A stretch of 63,993 bases of DNA, counting the filler, from Dimargaris cristalligena (taxonomy: Eukaryota): assembly GCA_003614675.1 (NCBI GenBank). It is 3 parts of 3 records of this genome, joined end to end, with 100 filler letters (N's around TTAATTAATTAA, not from the genome) between each part and the next. Parts side by side here need not be neighbours in the genome. Positions count along the whole stretch, not along the records: positions 45,764 to 63,993 come from ML002773.1; 2 more parts are not named here. One strand, written 5' to 3'. The notes beneath the pieces are model-generated. The model made no database searches and had not been told where the DNA came from. It was given only the letters and a program-made list of their open reading frames with translations. The position numbers and the translations under genes were made by a program. Below, piece after piece: positions 61,505-63,993 of the stretch (position 1 is its first letter; each line of letters begins with the position of its first letter).

Positions 61505-63993
61505 ATGTCGCAAAAGCTGCTTAATGTGTTCTGGGGCCTGGCCTCGGAAGACGCCAGGGAACGCCAGAATGCTGCCCTTGTGCTGGTCAGCAGTATCCAG
61601 AAGTTCCACCTCCAGGCCAGCGCGGAGGGGGAATCCGCCCCCGCCGACACCCTGGCCGAGGGATCCATCCAGACCGAAGCCGATTTAAATGCGCGCTGTG
61701 CGGCCGATGTCGTATATGCTTACGGCCGCTTAATAAAGGGTCTGCCGTCCGGTCGCCTGGGGGCCCGCCAAGGCTTTTCCTTGGCCCTGACCGAGACTTT
61801 GGCCATTACCCCGTACCTATCCACCAAACTGACCCTCGATCTGATTCAGAAGCACTGTGCCCCCGAGGGCAATGCGACTAAACAGGAGGTGCGTGAGTCC
61901 CTGTTCGGCCAGCTGTTTGGTCTTATCGCCATCATTCAGGCCGGCGTGCTTAACCGGTCGACCACAACCCTCGTCGATATCCGACGGGTATACCACGAGC
62001 TGAGCGACCTGGCCCATGCCCGCAACTACCTGCGCGAACCCGTCGCCCAGGGCCTACTTCTACTAGTTTCCCGACTGCCCGGAAGCCCCCATGCCCAGGA
62101 GGCCGCCGAGCTTATTCTGAAGCCGTTCCGGGAGTCCCGCATCCGGTCGCTCGACGATTTAGCGCTTCTGCTTCTGCTGCAGGCCCTTTTCCCCGAGCTG
62201 GACTATGCCGAAGCCCTGCCCTCCCGATGGACCGATGGCCGTCTATTGAGCCCCGACACTCTGCCCCAACTTACCGCAGTTCTGCAAGAGTCCCAAGCCG
62301 AGTCGAGCGCCACCGGTGCCCCGTCCTCGTCCAGCTGGCGGCCTTCGCTTCCCACCGCCTGGGATCTCATCATGGCCATTTACTTCCCGCCGACCTCATC
62401 CGCGTCGCTACCGGCCCTCTTCGCCTGTACTACCGTGGAGAAACTGGCTTCGAACCCGTGGTTCCAGAACCGGACTCCCTTTGAACGGTTCTGGCGGGAG
62501 ACCGTCGATGCGAGCTATTTCAGCCCCACCGCCCCGCTCCAGCACAAGTTCTGGGGATTCCTCCTTTTCCGGGAAGTGCTCCCCCACATGACCGAATCAC
62601 AGGTCCATATCCTTTTTACTGCCCCTTTTATGAAGATTCTGGTCCATGCCCTGAGCCACCAGTCCGCCGATCTTCACAAGGTGGCCAAGCTCACCATCCA
62701 GGCCATCCAAAATTTTGCCCAGGCGAGCCCCCAGCGCCGCTTCTTGATTGCCACGCAATTGCAGGGAAACCACGGCCAGCGCGATTTCGATCGGTTAACC
62801 AAAACCCGGGTCATCGACACGATTCTTTCCAAGATGGACTTGGAGGGAGTCCGCAGCTATATCGCCTACTTGATCGGCGTGTTCCAGAACCCGTTGAGTA
62901 AGGATCAGATTGAGCCCGACAACGACCAGGAAGATGCTGCCGCGACTACCGCCCAAGCGATTCTGACCCGCCGTCGCTGGGCCAACGGTAGTAGTATGAC
63001 TATTCTCCGGAATAACCACCTGCCCAAAGACGAGGCCCTGTTCACCCAGATCTTAATGCACTATTTGGTGCACGGGTTCTTCGTCCTACCCAGCACCATT
63101 CCCGCCCATCTATCGAACTACTGCTCGGCCGCGCCTAGTCCACCCCTAACCGACGCCGAAGCCCAAATCTGCCGTAACCACTTTTTTGCCTTTTTCAACG
63201 TGATCAAGGCCCAGTTCATCCACTCGGAAACCGCCCGACAAGCCGCTGAAGCCAATGCCCCGGCCGACCGGCCCGAAGATCAGGCCAATTCCACCGCCGC
63301 TAGCCGAGCTCAAGCCGCTATCGTGAAATCAGTTCGGGAGAATGACACGAGTGTCAATACCTACGTCCTGAAGGCACTCGAGGAGATCAGCCACCTGGTT
63401 AAACCCAAGGGTCTGGACCTCCGTCAGCCCCTGGATGGTGAAGCCGAGTCCGCCTTCAAGCAGGCTACGGCAATGGTTGATAGTTTGGGCAAGCCCCGTC
63501 GCAAGTCGACGGCTGGTAATCGCATCCCGTCCTTCCGGCTCTTGTTTGCTTACTTGACCCTGATGCTACTGGACAATCCCACCGAGGTGACGGACGATGT
63601 GATGGAGGCTCTTACTTGTTTTGCGGAGATTGACAGATCAAGCAAGCCCTCAGGCATGACCACCCGCCGCCGCAAATCCAAGGGCGGAGCGGCGCTCACC
63701 GAAGCTAGCAATGGAGCTGAGCCCGAAACGGCCGGTGCCGAAGACGAGGAACGCCCCGAGCCTTTGGAAGTGCTATTGGATCTTCTCATCAGTCTCTTGT
63801 CCAAACCCTCCGGCGATCACCAACAGGTTGTCTTGGAAATTTTTACTGGGTTCATGGACCAATTGAATGTGGGTTCCCTGGCGCTTATATCGGAGGTCCT
63901 CCTAGCCGGTCAGACGGCCGGGGATGATGAGGACGCTATGGATATCGAGTCCGGTGAGGAAGATGACGAAAGCGACAATGAAGCGAACGTAGA
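61505..63993 (+). CDS. POL5: DNA polymerase phi / Pol5 (MYBBP1A family) rRNA biogenesis factor, 3'-partial
   Basis: Frame starts at ATG 61505 and is still in register at the window end; not in the ORF track, consistent with no stop inside the window. MSQKLLNVFWGLASEDARERQNAA...DVVYAYGRLIKGLPSGRLGARQGFSLALTE...LFGQLFGL...FDRLTKTRVID...EPLEVLLDLLISLLSKPS. Confidence 0.92.
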   Translation, partial: MSQKLLNVFWGLASEDARERQNAALVLVSSIQKFHLQASAEGESAPADTLAEGSIQTEADLNARCAADVVYAYGRLIKGLPSGRLGARQGFSLALTETLAITPYLSTKLTLDLIQKHCAPEGNATKQEVRESLFGQLFGLIAIIQAGVLNRSTTTLVDIRRVYHELSDLAHARNYLREPVAQGLLLLVSRLPGSPHAQEAAELILKPFRESRIRSLDDLALLLLLQALFPELDYAEALPSRWTDGRLLSPDTLPQLTAVLQESQAESSATGAPSSSSWRPSLPTAWDLIMAIYFPPTSSASLPALFACTTVEKLASNPWFQNRTPFERFWRETVDASYFSPTAPLQHKFWGFLLFREVLPHMTESQVHILFTAPFMKILVHALSHQSADLHKVAKLTIQAIQNFAQASPQRRFLIATQLQGNHGQRDFDRLTKTRVIDTILSKMDLEGVRSYIAYLIGVFQNPLSKDQIEPDNDQEDAAATTAQAILTRRRWANGSSMTILRNNHLPKDEALFTQILMHYLVHGFFVLPSTIPAHLSNYCSAAPSPPLTDAEAQICRNHFFAFFNVIKAQFIHSETARQAAEANAPADRPEDQANSTAASRAQAAIVKSVRENDTSVNTYVLKALEEISHLVKPKGLDLRQPLDGEAESAFKQATAMVDSLGKPRRKSTAGNRIPSFRLLFAYLTLMLLDNPTEVTDDVMEALTCFAEIDRSSKPSGMTTRRRKSKGGAALTEASNGAEPETAGAEDEERPEPLEVLLDLLISLLSKPSGDHQQVVLEIFTGFMDQLNVGSLALISEVLLAGQTAGDDEDAMDIESGEEDDESDNEANV

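Noticed and set aside
1..63993. Apparent cluster of translation and ribosome genes (LeuRS, RPC40, RIO2, MBF1, ETT1, RPF2, POL5)
   Set aside because: They lie on three artificially joined contigs, and such genes are common in compact fungal genomes.
1..63993. Selenocysteine or stop-readthrough signals, non-canonical introns, CRISPR arrays, rRNA
   Set aside because: All reconstructed introns are GT-AG, I saw no in-frame TGA within conserved domains and no TGA-CTA readthrough context, both tRNAs are ordinary Cys(GCA), and no spaced direct-repeat array or rRNA was seen.

Overview
Intron-rich eukaryotic DNA with GT-AG introns and GC3-rich exons. The gene content is fungal and looks early-diverging; a Zoopagomycota/Dimargaritales-like origin is an inference only. 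Two artificial 100-bp spacers (N44-TTAATTAATTAA-N44) join three contigs, so adjacency across 22799-22898 and 45664-45763 is not evidence of synteny. Conserved genes: leucyl-tRNA synthetase 3' end (with an apparent +1 frameshift), RPC40, RIO2, ISD11 and MZM1 (head-to-head LYR pair), MBF1, TMEM115-like, MVP1, ETT1/Nro1, an Lrg1/Rga1-type LIM-RhoGAP, RPF2, a Pcl-type cyclin and the 5' part of POL5. Accessory content: a tandem array of 7TM-like membrane genes (two intact, one broken), a secreted RlpA/expansin-like protein, a CBM-like membrane protein, two tRNA-Cys(GCA) genes and LTR-like repeats. Most interesting: (1) a three-exon gene missed by the ORF track whose six CxxC pairs match animal SIVA1; (2) an 80-aa secreted precursor ending in a cationic amphipathic, antimicrobial-peptide-like helix; (3) LTR-like sequence starting about 20 bp upstream of both tRNA-Cys genes, suggesting a Pol III-targeted retroelement; (4) a divergent ISD11-MZM1 Fe-S/LYR gene pair. 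All family assignments come from motif recognition by eye, with no database search.
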